The notes under the pieces were generated by a model. It did not search any database. It was not told where the DNA came from and saw nothing but the letters and a program-made list of their open reading frames with translations. The translations under genes were made by a program, and so were the position numbers. This document shows positions 38,653-49,536 of a DNA stretch of 64,000 nt, one piece after another. The stretch's first letter is position 1; each line of letters starts with the position of its first letter. The stretch lies in NCBI RefSeq assembly GCF_013315695.1, contig NZ_CP054353.1. One strand, given 5' to 3'. This DNA comes from Escherichia coli. GTDB taxonomy: Bacteria > Pseudomonadota > Gammaproteobacteria > Enterobacterales > Enterobacteriaceae.

Positions 38653-38928
38653 GTGGCTTCTGTTTCTATCAGCTGTCCCTCCTGTTCAGCTACTGACGGG
38701 GTGGTGCGTAACGGCAAAAGCACCGCCGGACATCAGCGCTATCTCTGCTCTCACTGCCGTAAAACATGGCAACTGCAGTTCACTTACACCGCTTCTCAAC
38801 CCGGTACGCACCAGAAAATCATTGATATGGCCATGAATGGCGTTGGATGCCGGGCAACAGCCCGCATTATGGGCGTTGGCCTCAACACGATTTTACGTCA
38901 CTTAAAAAACTCAGGCCGCAGTCGGTAA
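38653..38928 (+). CDS. insA: IS1 InsA
   Basis: Translation identical to copy 1 InsA. Confidence 0.9.
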
Positions 38929-39350
38929 CCTCGCGCATACAGCCGGGCAGTGACGTCATCGTCTGCGCGGAAATGGACGAACAGTGGGGCTATGTCGGGG
39001 CTAAATCGCGCCAGCGCTGGCTGTTTTACGCGTATGACAGGCTCCGGAAGACGGTTGTTGCGCACGTATTCGGTGAACGCACTATGGCGACGCTGGGGCG
39101 TCTTATGAGCCTGCTGTCACCCTTTGACGTGGTGATATGGATGACGGATGGCTGGCCGCTGTATGAATCCCGCCTGAAGGGAAAGCTGCACGTAATCAGC
39201 AAGCGATATACGCAGCGAATTGAGCGGCATAACCTGAATCTGAGGCAGCACCTGGCACGGCTGGGACGGAAGTCGCTGTCGTTCTCAAAATCGGTGGAGC
39301 TGCATGACAAAGTCATCGGGCATTATCTGAACATAAAACACTATCAATAA
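38847..39350 (+). CDS. insB: IS1 InsB reading frame
   Basis: Translation identical to copy 1 InsB. Confidence 0.9.
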
Positions 39351-39505
39351 GTTGGAGTCATTACCACTTGAACCGATAATAAACGCAGAAATTCTATTTT
39401 GTAGCTCATTGTTGCCTCCTGTGTGAATTGTTCGAATCTACCAGGCTGCGATGAAAGAAGTCGTGTAGTAGAGAGCTATACCCGCAACAAGCGGGGCAGA
39501 CGTTC

Positions 39506-39829
39506 TTATTTCTGTAACCATTTTCCGTTAATGCCCTGCACATATTCTCCTGATTTAGCGCGAGCTACGAGCTTTTGCCCGGCAAGTTTCGCGATATCAT
39601 CTACCGACACATTATTTTGCTTTGCCAGTTGTTGATAGCTCGCTTTACGTTCGGCATTAATGTCGGTTACTAATTTCTCTGTTTCAGCATCTGTTTTCAG
39701 CGCAACCAGATAACCATAAAATGTTTCCCCTACCCGCCCCTGAGTTCTGGCTTCATCCAGAGTCAATGCCATTACATTGCTGCTTACCAAGCCAACAAGA
39801 AATGCACAAAGAAGTAATGTTCTTTTCAT
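39506..39829 (-). CDS. ydbL: DUF1318-family periplasmic protein YdbL (108 aa)
   Basis: Start set at MKRTLLLCAFLVGL; signal peptide. Confidence 0.8.
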   Translation of the reverse strand: MKRTLLLCAFLVGLVSSNVMALTLDEARTQGRVGETFYGYLVALKTDAETEKLVTDINAERKASYQQLAKQNNVSVDDIAKLAGQKLVARAKSGEYVQGINGKWLQK

Positions 39830-39836
39830 CATCACC

Positions 39837-40022
39837 TCAAAAAAGATCGCTACGGGTCTCAAGCAGCTCTTCGACATCTTTGTCTGCCTTGATGATGATC
39901 TCATGCTCAATTTTAACGTTCATATTGATAGTGATCGGTTCCTTAGGTGCAGCGACTTCAATGCGAGGCGTACAGCCAACCAGCATAAAAGATGACGTCA
40001 ACGCAGCCAGTAAAATTTTCAT
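39837..40022 (-). CDS. ynbE: Lipoprotein YnbE (61 aa)
   Basis: MKILLAALTSSFMLVGC lipobox. Confidence 0.8.
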   Translation of the reverse strand: MKILLAALTSSFMLVGCTPRIEVAAPKEPITINMNVKIEHEIIIKADKDVEELLETRSDLF

Positions 40023-42658
40023 TGTTTTTCCTCACACTCTTTTCCTTGCGGACAGTCATTTCCCGGCAGACGCGCGTTCTGCTCCAGCCATGCCTGGAGA
40101 TTATCGCCAAAGCGTAAACTGCGCCACAGCGTAAAAATATTCTCTTCATGATGGTAATTAAGATTTACCGTACCGCTTTTACCATCAACGCGACTGGTAC
40201 CTGTAATGTTGGCCTGCATGGTTAATAAACCGAGATTATCTAAATTAATTTTTGTCGATGAACGGCTAATTTCCATATAGCGCAACCAGTTAATTGCTGA
40301 ACCCGCGGTCATATTGTCTTTCACCACCGCATCTGCGGTGTCTTTATCCAGCCGCAAGGTCATCGGCCCGCTATTTGCCAGCCAGCCGTCTTTCACTATC
40401 CATTTTTCGTTGTTTAGCCATAACGGCAATGCACCACTAAATGCCCCGGACATGGCGAATTGTTTCGGATTGACGGCGCTAACCAGTTCGCTGGAGGAAA
40501 GATTATTCAGCCGCAACAGCGCCGGGTCATGTTGCGGCATACGTAATTGTTTCATCAGCACGTTACCGCCTAACACATCAACGCTAACATCAGTCAACAG
40601 CAATGGTTCTTCTTCAGTCCACGGATAACGACCTTGCAAATCAGCCGTAATATTTTTCGCTGTCACCAGATTAATCACTTCGGCAATTCGCAACGTAACG
40701 GGGCCGCGAGTCCCCAGATGCCAGGCTCCATCGGCAAAACGGAAAGGCAGGACAAAATCGACACCGTTAACCTGATTATCTGGCATCCAGGCACTACCGC
40801 CTTTCAACACACCGTGCCCTCCCGCGCGGAATCCTTGTTCAGGCGCAGCAGAAAATGCGACCTGGGCATATAGTTCGCCATCGCGTAAGTTCATCTTCCA
40901 GTCGGGTGGCACCAGCGGCTGGAATACGGTCAGTGATTGTTTAGGCCACCAGGCGTTACCGCGCAGACGAATACCGTCCCAGCGACCATTTACCCGAACC
41001 GGGCCAATCTCACCAGCATGTAAATCGCCTTTAAAGAGGAAATACGTCGGATCGCGTCCATCGACGCTAAATTTTAAGGTTGATGGCGGTAACACACTGC
41101 CGCCAGTGAACAGCGTTTGCCCGGCGTCCAGTGACAGCGCGCCGCTAAAGGAGGGATGCTGTGCGTCACGTACCCAGACGACGGGCTTGTCGAGAATTAG
41201 TCGCGGCTTTTCAACCGTCATCGTACCGTATTGTAACTGGTCGAAACCGGTGGAGAGATCGGTCAGCGTAATCGTGCTGTCATGCCACTCACCCTTTCCT
41301 GCGACATCCCAGGTGGCATTCATCGGTGTAAAACTGCCTTTTCCCCAGTAGCGCCACTGCCAGCGGCCAGCGTCAGGGAGAAAATCATTCGCCAGTCCAT
41401 CCATATGCAGCACGAAATCGCCCAGTTCATTTTCATGCGCCTGCAAAATGGCCTGCAAACGTCCGTCAACACCACGTTGGGTGACTTTTACACCCGCTAA
41501 AGGCCAGCGGATTTCATCGATGTCCAGCGAATCAATGACTCTTCCCTTTGAACGAAGTAACGCGCCTGGCTCAAAGGTCAACGTTGGGTCAGACAGACTT
41601 CCACTTAGCTGCGCAGGTAAACGGGCATATAAAATGAGGTCCGCCTGTTTCGCTTCACCGGTCAGTTGCATAGGCAGCTGGCTGTTATCCATGCTTAATT
41701 TTCCTGGGCCAAAATTAAGCACCGCGTTGCCTTTACCCGCTTGCCCCTGGGTCAGCACACTCAGTCGTCCGCTGACCAGAGCGTTCTCGAGCCCTGCCTG
41801 CCAGTTGTCGACTTTGACACCCAGTCGGCCACTCAAAGGAAAACCTGCATACGGCCAGCTCCAGCGACCATCGCTTACGGTCAATTGTTGACGAGTAATT
41901 TGCCACGGCAAATCGAGCAACGGATCGCCGTTATCCCGTGCCAGCACGATCAATTGCCCGCTATTTTCCTGCCAGTCCAGCTCTGCATCCACCAGTGACG
42001 GTTCCTGCGGCAAGTTTAACGTCGCAGTAGCATGCCCACTTACCGGAAGTCCATCCGGCACGAGCGGCATAGTAAATTCCCCCTCCAGTTTAACCGGCGG
42101 CTGATTTTCAAACGCGACGACATCCAGTTCGCTGACTGTAAGTTGTTGCCCTTTCAGCTGGCCTTGAAATTTAACTTTTTCGCCCTGATAACGCAGTTGC
42201 TGGATATCGGAGGTTAATGCGAGAGAGAGTTTTCCCTGCCATTCCTGCCAGGGAGAAAAAATCAGTTTATCGATATTGATCCAAGTGTTAGGCAACATGG
42301 CCTGCCACTGCGCGAGGTTTTTTGGAGCGGCTGGCGATTGCTCCGTCTGCGGCAATTTCGCCAGACAAGTAGAATCAAGTTCTACCGTGCCGACGTTCAA
42401 TAACCAGCGGCTGGGATGTGAAAGGCTGGCGTTGGTGATATGCGCAAGCTGACAATCTCCCACCAGATAACGGAGATCGGGAATGATTAAACCTTTACGC
42501 GTAATGCGTGGGCTTTCATCTAATGCAATACGTGTCCCGAGCGGTAGCCAGATGCCCGCCAGCGTGGGAACCCACAGCCCGAGCGTCATCAGCAGCGTCA
42601 ACGGCACAAGAATAATCAGTAATAACAGCGCGAGAACGGCTTTATATTTACCCAGCAT
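40019..42658 (-). CDS. ydbH: AsmA-like large membrane-anchored protein YdbH (879 aa)
   Basis: N-terminal TM segment then long soluble region; ydbH-ynbE-ydbL cluster. Confidence 0.85.
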   Translation of the reverse strand: MLGKYKAVLALLLLIILVPLTLLMTLGLWVPTLAGIWLPLGTRIALDESPRITRKGLIIPDLRYLVGDCQLAHITNASLSHPSRWLLNVGTVELDSTCLAKLPQTEQSPAAPKNLAQWQAMLPNTWINIDKLIFSPWQEWQGKLSLALTSDIQQLRYQGEKVKFQGQLKGQQLTVSELDVVAFENQPPVKLEGEFTMPLVPDGLPVSGHATATLNLPQEPSLVDAELDWQENSGQLIVLARDNGDPLLDLPWQITRQQLTVSDGRWSWPYAGFPLSGRLGVKVDNWQAGLENALVSGRLSVLTQGQAGKGNAVLNFGPGKLSMDNSQLPMQLTGEAKQADLILYARLPAQLSGSLSDPTLTFEPGALLRSKGRVIDSLDIDEIRWPLAGVKVTQRGVDGRLQAILQAHENELGDFVLHMDGLANDFLPDAGRWQWRYWGKGSFTPMNATWDVAGKGEWHDSTITLTDLSTGFDQLQYGTMTVEKPRLILDKPVVWVRDAQHPSFSGALSLDAGQTLFTGGSVLPPSTLKFSVDGRDPTYFLFKGDLHAGEIGPVRVNGRWDGIRLRGNAWWPKQSLTVFQPLVPPDWKMNLRDGELYAQVAFSAAPEQGFRAGGHGVLKGGSAWMPDNQVNGVDFVLPFRFADGAWHLGTRGPVTLRIAEVINLVTAKNITADLQGRYPWTEEEPLLLTDVSVDVLGGNVLMKQLRMPQHDPALLRLNNLSSSELVSAVNPKQFAMSGAFSGALPLWLNNEKWIVKDGWLANSGPMTLRLDKDTADAVVKDNMTAGSAINWLRYMEISRSSTKINLDNLGLLTMQANITGTSRVDGKSGTVNLNYHHEENIFTLWRSLRFGDNLQAWLEQNARLPGNDCPQGKECEEKQ

Positions 42659-42865
42659 GGGTAGTTAATATCCTGATTTAGCGAAAAATTAAGCATTCAA
42701 TACGGGTATTGTGGCATGTTTAACCGTTCAGTTGAAGGTTGCGCCTACACTAAGCATAGTTGTTGATGAATTTTTCAATATCGCCATAGCTTTCAATTAT
42801 ATTTGAAATTTTGTAAGATATTTTTAGTAGCTTAAATGTGATTCAACATCACTGGAGAAAGTCTT

Positions 42866-43855
42866 ATGAAACTCGCCGTTTATAGCACAAAACAGTACGA
42901 CAAGAAGTACCTGCAACAGGTGAACGAGTCCTTTGGCTTTGAGCTGGAATTTTTTGACTTTCTGCTGACGGAAAAAACCGCTAAAACTGCCAATGGCTGC
43001 GAAGCGGTATGTATTTTCGTAAACGATGACGGCAGCCGCCCGGTGCTGGAAGAGCTGAAAAAGCACGGCGTTAAATATATCGCCCTGCGCTGTGCCGGTT
43101 TCAATAACGTCGACCTTGACGCGGCAAAAGAACTGGGGCTGAAAGTAGTCCGTGTTCCAGCCTATGATCCAGAAGCCGTTGCTGAACACGCCATCGGTAT
43201 GATGATGACGCTGAACCGCCGTATTCACCGCGCGTATCAGCGTACCCGTGACGCCAACTTCTCTCTGGAAGGTCTGACCGGCTTTACTATGTATGGCAAA
43301 ACGGCAGGCGTTATCGGTACCGGTAAAATCGGTGTGGCGATGCTGCGCATTCTGAAAGGTTTTGGTATGCGTCTGCTGGCGTTCGATCCGTATCCAAGTG
43401 CGGCGGCGCTGGAACTCGGTGTAGAGTATGTCGATCTGCCAACCCTGTTCTCTGAATCAGACGTTATCTCTCTGCACTGCCCGCTGACACCGGAAAACTA
43501 CCACCTGTTGAACGAAGCCGCCTTCGATCAGATGAAAAATGGCGTGATGATCGTCAATACCAGTCGCGGTGCATTGATTGATTCTCAGGCAGCAATTGAA
43601 GCGCTGAAAAATCAGAAAATTGGTTCGTTGGGTATGGACGTGTATGAAAACGAACGCGATCTGTTCTTTGAAGATAAATCCAACGACGTAATCCAGGATG
43701 ACGTATTCCGTCGTCTGTCTGCCTGCCACAACGTGCTGTTTACCGGGCACCAGGCATTCCTGACAGCAGAAGCTCTGACCAGTATTTCTCAGACTACGCT
43801 GCAAAACTTAAGCAATCTGGAAAAAGGCGAAACCTGCCCGAACGAACTGGTTTAA
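42866..43855 (+). CDS. ldhA: D-lactate dehydrogenase, fermentative (329 aa)
   Basis: NAD-binding GVIGTGKIG; recognised LdhA. Confidence 0.9.
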   Translation: MKLAVYSTKQYDKKYLQQVNESFGFELEFFDFLLTEKTAKTANGCEAVCIFVNDDGSRPVLEELKKHGVKYIALRCAGFNNVDLDAAKELGLKVVRVPAYDPEAVAEHAIGMMMTLNRRIHRAYQRTRDANFSLEGLTGFTMYGKTAGVIGTGKIGVAMLRILKGFGMRLLAFDPYPSAAALELGVEYVDLPTLFSESDVISLHCPLTPENYHLLNEAAFDQMKNGVMIVNTSRGALIDSQAAIEALKNQKIGSLGMDVYENERDLFFEDKSNDVIQDDVFRRLSACHNVLFTGHQAFLTAEALTSISQTTLQNLSNLEKGETCPNELV

Positions 43856-43862
43856 TCTTGCC

Positions 43863-43890
43863 GCTCCCCTGCATTCCAGGGGAGCTTATT
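43863..43890 (+). terminator. Rho-independent terminator after ldhA
   Basis: GCTCCCCTG CATTC CAGGGGAGC followed by T-rich tract. Confidence 0.6.
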
Positions 43891-43965
43891 CAGATAATCC
43901 CCAAAGACCTTTCATCCTCTATTCTTAAAATAGCCCTGAGTCAGAAACTGTAATTGAGAACCACA

Positions 43966-44388
43966 ATGAAGAAAGTAGCCGCGTTTGTTGCGCTAAGCCT
44001 GCTGATGGCGGGATGTGTAAGTAATGACAAAATTGCTGTAACCCCAGAACAGCTACAGCATCATCGCTTTGTGCTGGAAAGCGTAAACGGTAAGCCCGTG
44101 ACCAGCGATAAAAATCCGCCAGAAATCAGCTTTGGTGAAAAAATGATGATTTCCGGCAGCATGTGTAACCGCTTTAGCGGTGAAGGCAAACTGTCTAATG
44201 GTGAACTGACAGCCAAAGGACTGGCAATGACCCGTATGATGTGCGCCAACCCACAGCTTAATGAACTCGATAACACCATTAGCGAAATGCTGAAAGAAGG
44301 TGCACAAGTGGATCTGACCGCGAACCAGTTAACGCTGGCGACCGCGAAACAGACATTAACTTATAAGCTGGCGGATTTAATGAATTAA
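43966..44388 (+). CDS. hslJ: Heat-shock lipoprotein HslJ (140 aa)
   Basis: Start set at MKKVAAFVALSLLMAGC lipobox. Confidence 0.85.
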   Translation: MKKVAAFVALSLLMAGCVSNDKIAVTPEQLQHHRFVLESVNGKPVTSDKNPPEISFGEKMMISGSMCNRFSGEGKLSNGELTAKGLAMTRMMCANPQLNELDNTISEMLKEGAQVDLTANQLTLATAKQTLTYKLADLMN

Positions 44389-44651
44389 TAGCTGCCACAG
44401 CTCCCGGCGGCAAGTGACTGTTCGCTACAGCGTTTGCCGTTGGGTAATGCACACATCCCAATCGCCGTACCATCCAGTTGACGGGCAACAGAAAGCGAAC
44501 CGCCGATCATTGCACAATTTGCTTCTCCACTACTGGACATCGACGCTTTTAAACCTGGCGCTACGTGCGCCGCAGTCGCCTGCTGAACAGGTTCACTATT
44601 ACACGCCGACAATAATAAAGCGGCACACCCTACCCAAAACGCTGCTCGCAT
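44385..44651 (-). CDS. ydbJ: DUF333-family lipoprotein YdbJ (88 aa)
   Basis: LLLSACNS lipobox; synteny. Confidence 0.75.
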   Translation of the reverse strand: MRAAFWVGCAALLLSACNSEPVQQATAAHVAPGLKASMSSSGEANCAMIGGSLSVARQLDGTAIGMCALPNGKRCSEQSLAAGSCGSY

Positions 44652-44923
44652 CTTTTCTTCCTCTGATCTTCAAGCCAAACGACACCGCCATAAATAATAG
44701 GCAGCACAGAGGGCGACGTCGAGAGCTGTCCTGCGCGTTGCCCCGCATTTTTACTTTTTTATGGCTATTTTTTGCCCTCTGTTTGATCAAAACATTCATT
44801 ACGCTGATGTGGGGGACACAAAAGCGAAAATGCAGAAGAAAGCCATTTGCTAAAATTGAAGGATTACTACTGGGCGCGCAGCAATTTCGTGCGCCCCTCA
44901 TTTGCGCAATGTAAGGGTGTCAT

Positions 44924-47900
44924 ATGATTACTATTGACGGTAATGGCGCGGTTGCTTCGGTGGCGTTTCGCACCAGTGAAGTTATCGCCATCTACCCTAT
45001 TACCCCCAGTTCCACGATGGCAGAACAGGCTGATGCCTGGGCCGGAAACGGCTTGAAGAACGTTTGGGGAGACACACCACGCGTGGTTGAAATGCAGTCG
45101 GAAGCGGGTGCTATCGCTACCGTGCATGGCGCTTTGCAGACGGGTGCCCTTTCAACATCGTTTACGTCATCGCAGGGTTTGCTGCTGATGATCCCGACGC
45201 TGTACAAACTGGCAGGCGAACTGACGCCATTTGTCCTGCATGTAGCGGCACGTACCGTTGCCACACATGCACTCTCTATTTTTGGCGATCATTCCGACGT
45301 TATGGCGGTGCGCCAGACGGGTTGCGCGATGTTGTGTGCGGCTAACGTCCAGGAAGTGCAAGACTTTGCTCTCATTTCGCACATCGCAACGCTGAAGAGC
45401 CGCGTGCCATTTATTCATTTCTTTGATGGTTTCCGCACGTCCCACGAAATCAATAAAATTGTCCCGCTGGCCGATGACACTATTCTTGATCTCATGCCGC
45501 AGGCCGAAATTGATGCTCATCGCGCCCGGGCGCTCAACCCGGAACATCCGGTGATCCGCGGTACGTCCGCCAATCCTGACACTTATTTCCAGTCTCGCGA
45601 AGCCACCAACCCCTGGTACAACGCGGTCTATGACCATGTTGAACAGGCGATGAATGATTTCGCTGCCGCGACAGGTCGTCAGTATCAACCGTTTGAGTAT
45701 TATGGGCATCCGCAAGCGGAACGGGTGATTATCCTGATGGGCTCAGCCATTGGCACCTGTGAAGAAGTGGTTGATGAATTGCTAACCCGTGGCGAAAAAG
45801 TCGGCGTGCTGAAAGTTCGCCTGTACCGTCCCTTCTCCGCCAAACACTTGCTACAAGCTCTGCCGGGATCCGTACGCAGCGTGGCGGTACTGGACAGAAC
45901 CAAAGAACCCGGTGCCCAGGCAGAACCGCTCTATCTGGATGTGATGACCGCACTGGCAGAAGCCTTTAATAATGGCGAGCGCGAAACCCTGCCCCGTGTC
46001 ATTGGTGGGCGCTATGGTCTTTCATCCAAAGAATTTGGCCCGGACTGTGTACTGGCGGTATTTGCCGAGCTCAACGCGGCTAAACCGAAAGCGCGCTTTA
46101 CGGTTGGTATTTACGATGATGTGACCAATCTGTCACTGCCGTTGCCGGAAAACACCCTGCCAAACTCGGCGAAACTTGAAGCCTTGTTTTATGGCCTTGG
46201 TAGTGATGGCAGCGTTTCCGCGACCAAAAACAATATCAAGATTATCGGTAATTCCACGCCGTGGTACGCACAGGGCTATTTTGTTTACGACTCCAAAAAG
46301 GCGGGCGGCCTGACGGTTTCTCATCTTCGTGTGAGCGAACAGCCGATTCGTTCCGCTTATCTGATTTCCCAGGCTGATTTTGTTGGCTGCCACCAGTTGC
46401 AGTTTATCGATAAATATCAGATGGCTGAACGTTTAAAACCTGGCGGCATTTTCCTGCTCAACACGCCGTACAGCGCAGATGAAGTATGGTCGCGCTTGCC
46501 GCAGGAAGTTCAGGCCGTGTTAAACCAGAAAAAAGCGCGCTTCTATGTGATTAACGCGGCGAAAATCGCCCGCGAATGTGGCCTGGCGGCCCGTATTAAT
46601 ACCGTCATGCAGATGGCTTTTTTCCATCTTACGCAAATTCTGCCTGGCGATAGCGCCCTCGCAGAATTGCAGGGTGCGATTGCCAAAAGTTACAGTAGCA
46701 AAGGCCAGGATCTGGTGGAACGCAACTGGCAGGCTCTGGCGCTGGCACGTGAATCCGTAGAAGAAGTTCCGCTGCAACCAGTAAATCCGCACAGCGCCAA
46801 TCGACCGCCAGTGGTTTCCGATGCCGCCCCTGATTTCGTGAAAACCGTAACCGCGGCGATGCTCGCCGGGCTTGGTGATGCCCTCCCCGTTTCGGCGCTG
46901 CCGCCAGACGGCACCTGGCCGATGGGCACCACGCGCTGGGAAAAACGCAATATCGCCGAAGAGATCCCCATCTGGAAAGAGGAACTCTGCACCCAATGTA
47001 ACCACTGCGTCGCTGCTTGCCCACACTCAGCTATTCGCGCAAAAGTGGTACCGCCTGAAGCGATGGAAAACGCCCCTGCCAGCCTGCATTCGCTGGATGT
47101 GAAATCGCGTGATATGCGCGGGCAGAAATATGTCTTGCAGGTGGCTCCGGAAGATTGCACGGGTTGTAACCTGTGCGTCGAAGTTTGCCCGGCGAAAGAC
47201 CGTCAGGATCCAGAGATTAAAGCCATCAATATGATGTCGCGGCTGGAACATGTCGAGGAAGAGAAAATCAATTACGACTTCTTCCTGAATTTACCAGAAA
47301 TCGATCGCAGCAAACTGGAACGTATTGATATTCGTACATCGCAACTGATTACACCGCTGTTTGAATATTCAGGTGCTTGCTCTGGTTGTGGCGAGACGCC
47401 GTATATTAAATTGCTGACTCAGCTCTATGGCGATCGGATGTTGATCGCTAACGCTACGGGTTGTTCTTCAATTTATGGTGGTAACCTGCCCTCCACACCA
47501 TATACCACTGATGCCAACGGTCGTGGACCGGCATGGGCGAACTCGCTGTTTGAAGATAACGCCGAATTCGGCCTTGGTTTCCGCCTTACGGTCGATCAAC
47601 ACCGTGTCCGCGTGCTGCGTCTGCTGGATCAATTTGCCGATAAAATCCCGGCGGAATTACTGACTGCGTTGAAATCAGACGCTACGCCAGAGATTCGTCG
47701 TGAACAGGTTGCAGCTTTACGCCAGCAACTCAACGATGTTGCCGAAGCACATGAACTGCTACGTGACGCAGATGCTCTGGTGGAAAAATCAATCTGGCTG
47801 ATTGGTGGTGACGGCTGGGCTTACGATATCGGCTTTGGTGGTCTGGATCATGTATTGAGTTTGACGGAAAACGTCAACATTCTGGTGCTGGATACGCAAT

Positions 47901-48448
47901 GCTATTCCAACACCGGTGGTCAGGCGTCGAAAGCGACACCGCTGGGTGCAGTAACTAAGTTCGGCGAGCACGGCAAACGTAAAGCGCGTAAAGATCTTGG
48001 CGTCAGTATGATGATGTACGGTCATGTTTATGTGGCGCAGATTTCTCTCGGCGCGCAGCTGAACCAGACGGTGAAAGCGATTCAGGAAGCGGAAGCGTAT
48101 CCGGGACCATCGCTGATCATTGCTTATAGCCCGTGTGAAGAGCATGGTTACGATCTGGCTCTCAGCCACGACCAGATGCGCCAACTCACTGCTACCGGCT
48201 TCTGGCCGCTATATCGCTTCGATCCTCGTCGTGCCGATGAAGGCAAACTGCCGCTGGCGCTGGATTCACGCCCGCCGTCAGAAGCACTGGAAGAAACGTT
48301 ACTTCATGAGCAACGTTTCCGTCGTCTGAATTCGCAGCAGCCAGAAGTGGCAGAACAGTTATGGAAAGATGCTGCAGCTGATTTGCAAAAACGCTATGAC
48401 TTCCTGGCACAAATGGCCGGAAAAGCGGAAAAAAGCAACACCGATTAA
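44924..48448 (+). CDS. ydbK: Pyruvate:flavodoxin oxidoreductase (1174 aa)
   Basis: 4Fe-4S ferredoxin CxxCxxCxxxCP motifs and TPP-binding region in translation. Confidence 0.9.
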   Translation: MITIDGNGAVASVAFRTSEVIAIYPITPSSTMAEQADAWAGNGLKNVWGDTPRVVEMQSEAGAIATVHGALQTGALSTSFTSSQGLLLMIPTLYKLAGELTPFVLHVAARTVATHALSIFGDHSDVMAVRQTGCAMLCAANVQEVQDFALISHIATLKSRVPFIHFFDGFRTSHEINKIVPLADDTILDLMPQAEIDAHRARALNPEHPVIRGTSANPDTYFQSREATNPWYNAVYDHVEQAMNDFAAATGRQYQPFEYYGHPQAERVIILMGSAIGTCEEVVDELLTRGEKVGVLKVRLYRPFSAKHLLQALPGSVRSVAVLDRTKEPGAQAEPLYLDVMTALAEAFNNGERETLPRVIGGRYGLSSKEFGPDCVLAVFAELNAAKPKARFTVGIYDDVTNLSLPLPENTLPNSAKLEALFYGLGSDGSVSATKNNIKIIGNSTPWYAQGYFVYDSKKAGGLTVSHLRVSEQPIRSAYLISQADFVGCHQLQFIDKYQMAERLKPGGIFLLNTPYSADEVWSRLPQEVQAVLNQKKARFYVINAAKIARECGLAARINTVMQMAFFHLTQILPGDSALAELQGAIAKSYSSKGQDLVERNWQALALARESVEEVPLQPVNPHSANRPPVVSDAAPDFVKTVTAAMLAGLGDALPVSALPPDGTWPMGTTRWEKRNIAEEIPIWKEELCTQCNHCVAACPHSAIRAKVVPPEAMENAPASLHSLDVKSRDMRGQKYVLQVAPEDCTGCNLCVEVCPAKDRQDPEIKAINMMSRLEHVEEEKINYDFFLNLPEIDRSKLERIDIRTSQLITPLFEYSGACSGCGETPYIKLLTQLYGDRMLIANATGCSSIYGGNLPSTPYTTDANGRGPAWANSLFEDNAEFGLGFRLTVDQHRVRVLRLLDQFADKIPAELLTALKSDATPEIRREQVAALRQQLNDVAEAHELLRDADALVEKSIWLIGGDGWAYDIGFGGLDHVLSLTENVNILVLDTQCYSNTGGQASKATPLGAVTKFGEHGKRKARKDLGVSMMMYGHVYVAQISLGAQLNQTVKAIQEAEAYPGPSLIIAYSPCEEHGYDLALSHDQMRQLTATGFWPLYRFDPRRADEGKLPLALDSRPPSEALEETLLHEQRFRRLNSQQPEVAEQLWKDAAADLQKRYDFLAQMAGKAEKSNTD

Positions 48449-48476
48449 ATGCTCTGGATAAGGATCATCCAATTCT

Positions 48477-48571
48477 AAAAAAAAGCCCGGACGACGGTTC
48501 GGGCTTGTCTCATTATTTGTTGGATAAACAGTAACAAGGGTCCAACAGAAAATAATCTTTGTGACAATAAA
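48477..48571 (-). ncRNA. micC: MicC small RNA (OmpC-repressing), with its intrinsic terminator
   Basis: Minus-strand GTTATATGCCTTTATTGTCACA... 5' seed, ending in hairpin GCCCGAACCGTCGTCCGGGC plus T-run; between ydbK and ompN as in K-12. Confidence 0.6.
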
Positions 48572-48838
48572 GGCATATAACCCGCGAAGAATAACGCATC
48601 ACTATTTAAATGTATAATTTTTATTTTGTATATGTCGCCAACAATATATTCACCAGACTTATTATCATTTCAGAAGAATTATTTGATTAAGGTTTTACTT
48701 AAGGCGTAACAAATAATATTTATCGTCTAACTGAACTTCTCCTTTAGGATGCTTTCACTCCCCGAAATGGGGATAAAAGGCAAGGTGATGCTGCCAACTT
48801 ACTGATTTAGTGTATGATGGTGTTTTTGAGGTGCTCCA

Positions 48839-49114
48839 GTGGCTTCTGTTTCTATCAGCTGTCCCTCCTGTTCAGCTACTGACGGGGTGGTGCGTAACGG
48901 CAAAAGCACCGCCGGACATCAGCGCTATCTCTGCTCTCACTGCCGTAAAACATGGCAACTGCAGTTCACTTACACCGCTTCTCAACCCGGTACGCACCAG
49001 AAAATCATTGATATGGCCATGAATGGCGTTGGATGCCGGGCAACAGCCCGCATTATGGGCGTTGGCCTCAACACGATTTTACGTCACTTAAAAAACTCAG
49101 GCCGCAGTCGGTAA
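48839..49114 (+). CDS. insA: IS1 InsA
   Basis: Translation identical to copy 1 InsA. Confidence 0.9.
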
Positions 49115-49536
49115 CCTCGCGCATACAGCCGGGCAGTGACGTCATCGTCTGCGCGGAAATGGACGAACAGTGGGGCTATGTCGGGGCTAAATCGCGCCAG
49201 CGCTGGCTGTTTTACGCGTATGACAGGCTCCGGAAGACGGTTGTTGCGCACGTATTCGGTGAACGCACTATGGCGACGCTGGGGCGTCTTATGAGCCTGC
49301 TGTCACCCTTTGACGTGGTGATATGGATGACGGATGGCTGGCCGCTGTATGAATCCCGCCTGAAGGGAAAGCTGCACGTAATCAGCAAGCGATATACGCA
49401 GCGAATTGAGCGGCATAACCTGAATCTGAGGCAGCACCTGGCACGGCTGGGACGGAAGTCGCTGTCGTTCTCAAAATCGGTGGAGCTGCATGACAAAGTC
49501 ATCGGGCATTATCTGAACATAAAACACTATCAATAA
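49033..49536 (+). CDS. insB: IS1 InsB reading frame
   Basis: Translation identical to copy 1 InsB. Confidence 0.9.

Larger units (their letters stand above)
38598..39365 (+). mobile_element. IS1: IS1 copy 2 (768 bp)
   Basis: Same ends and internal ORF translations as copy 1; no target-site duplication. Confidence 0.95.

Noticed and set aside
42866-43104. 74-aa and 134-aa minus-strand ORFs overlapping the ldhA start region
   Set aside because: Antisense to ldhA or within the ydbH-ldhA promoter region; no coding features.
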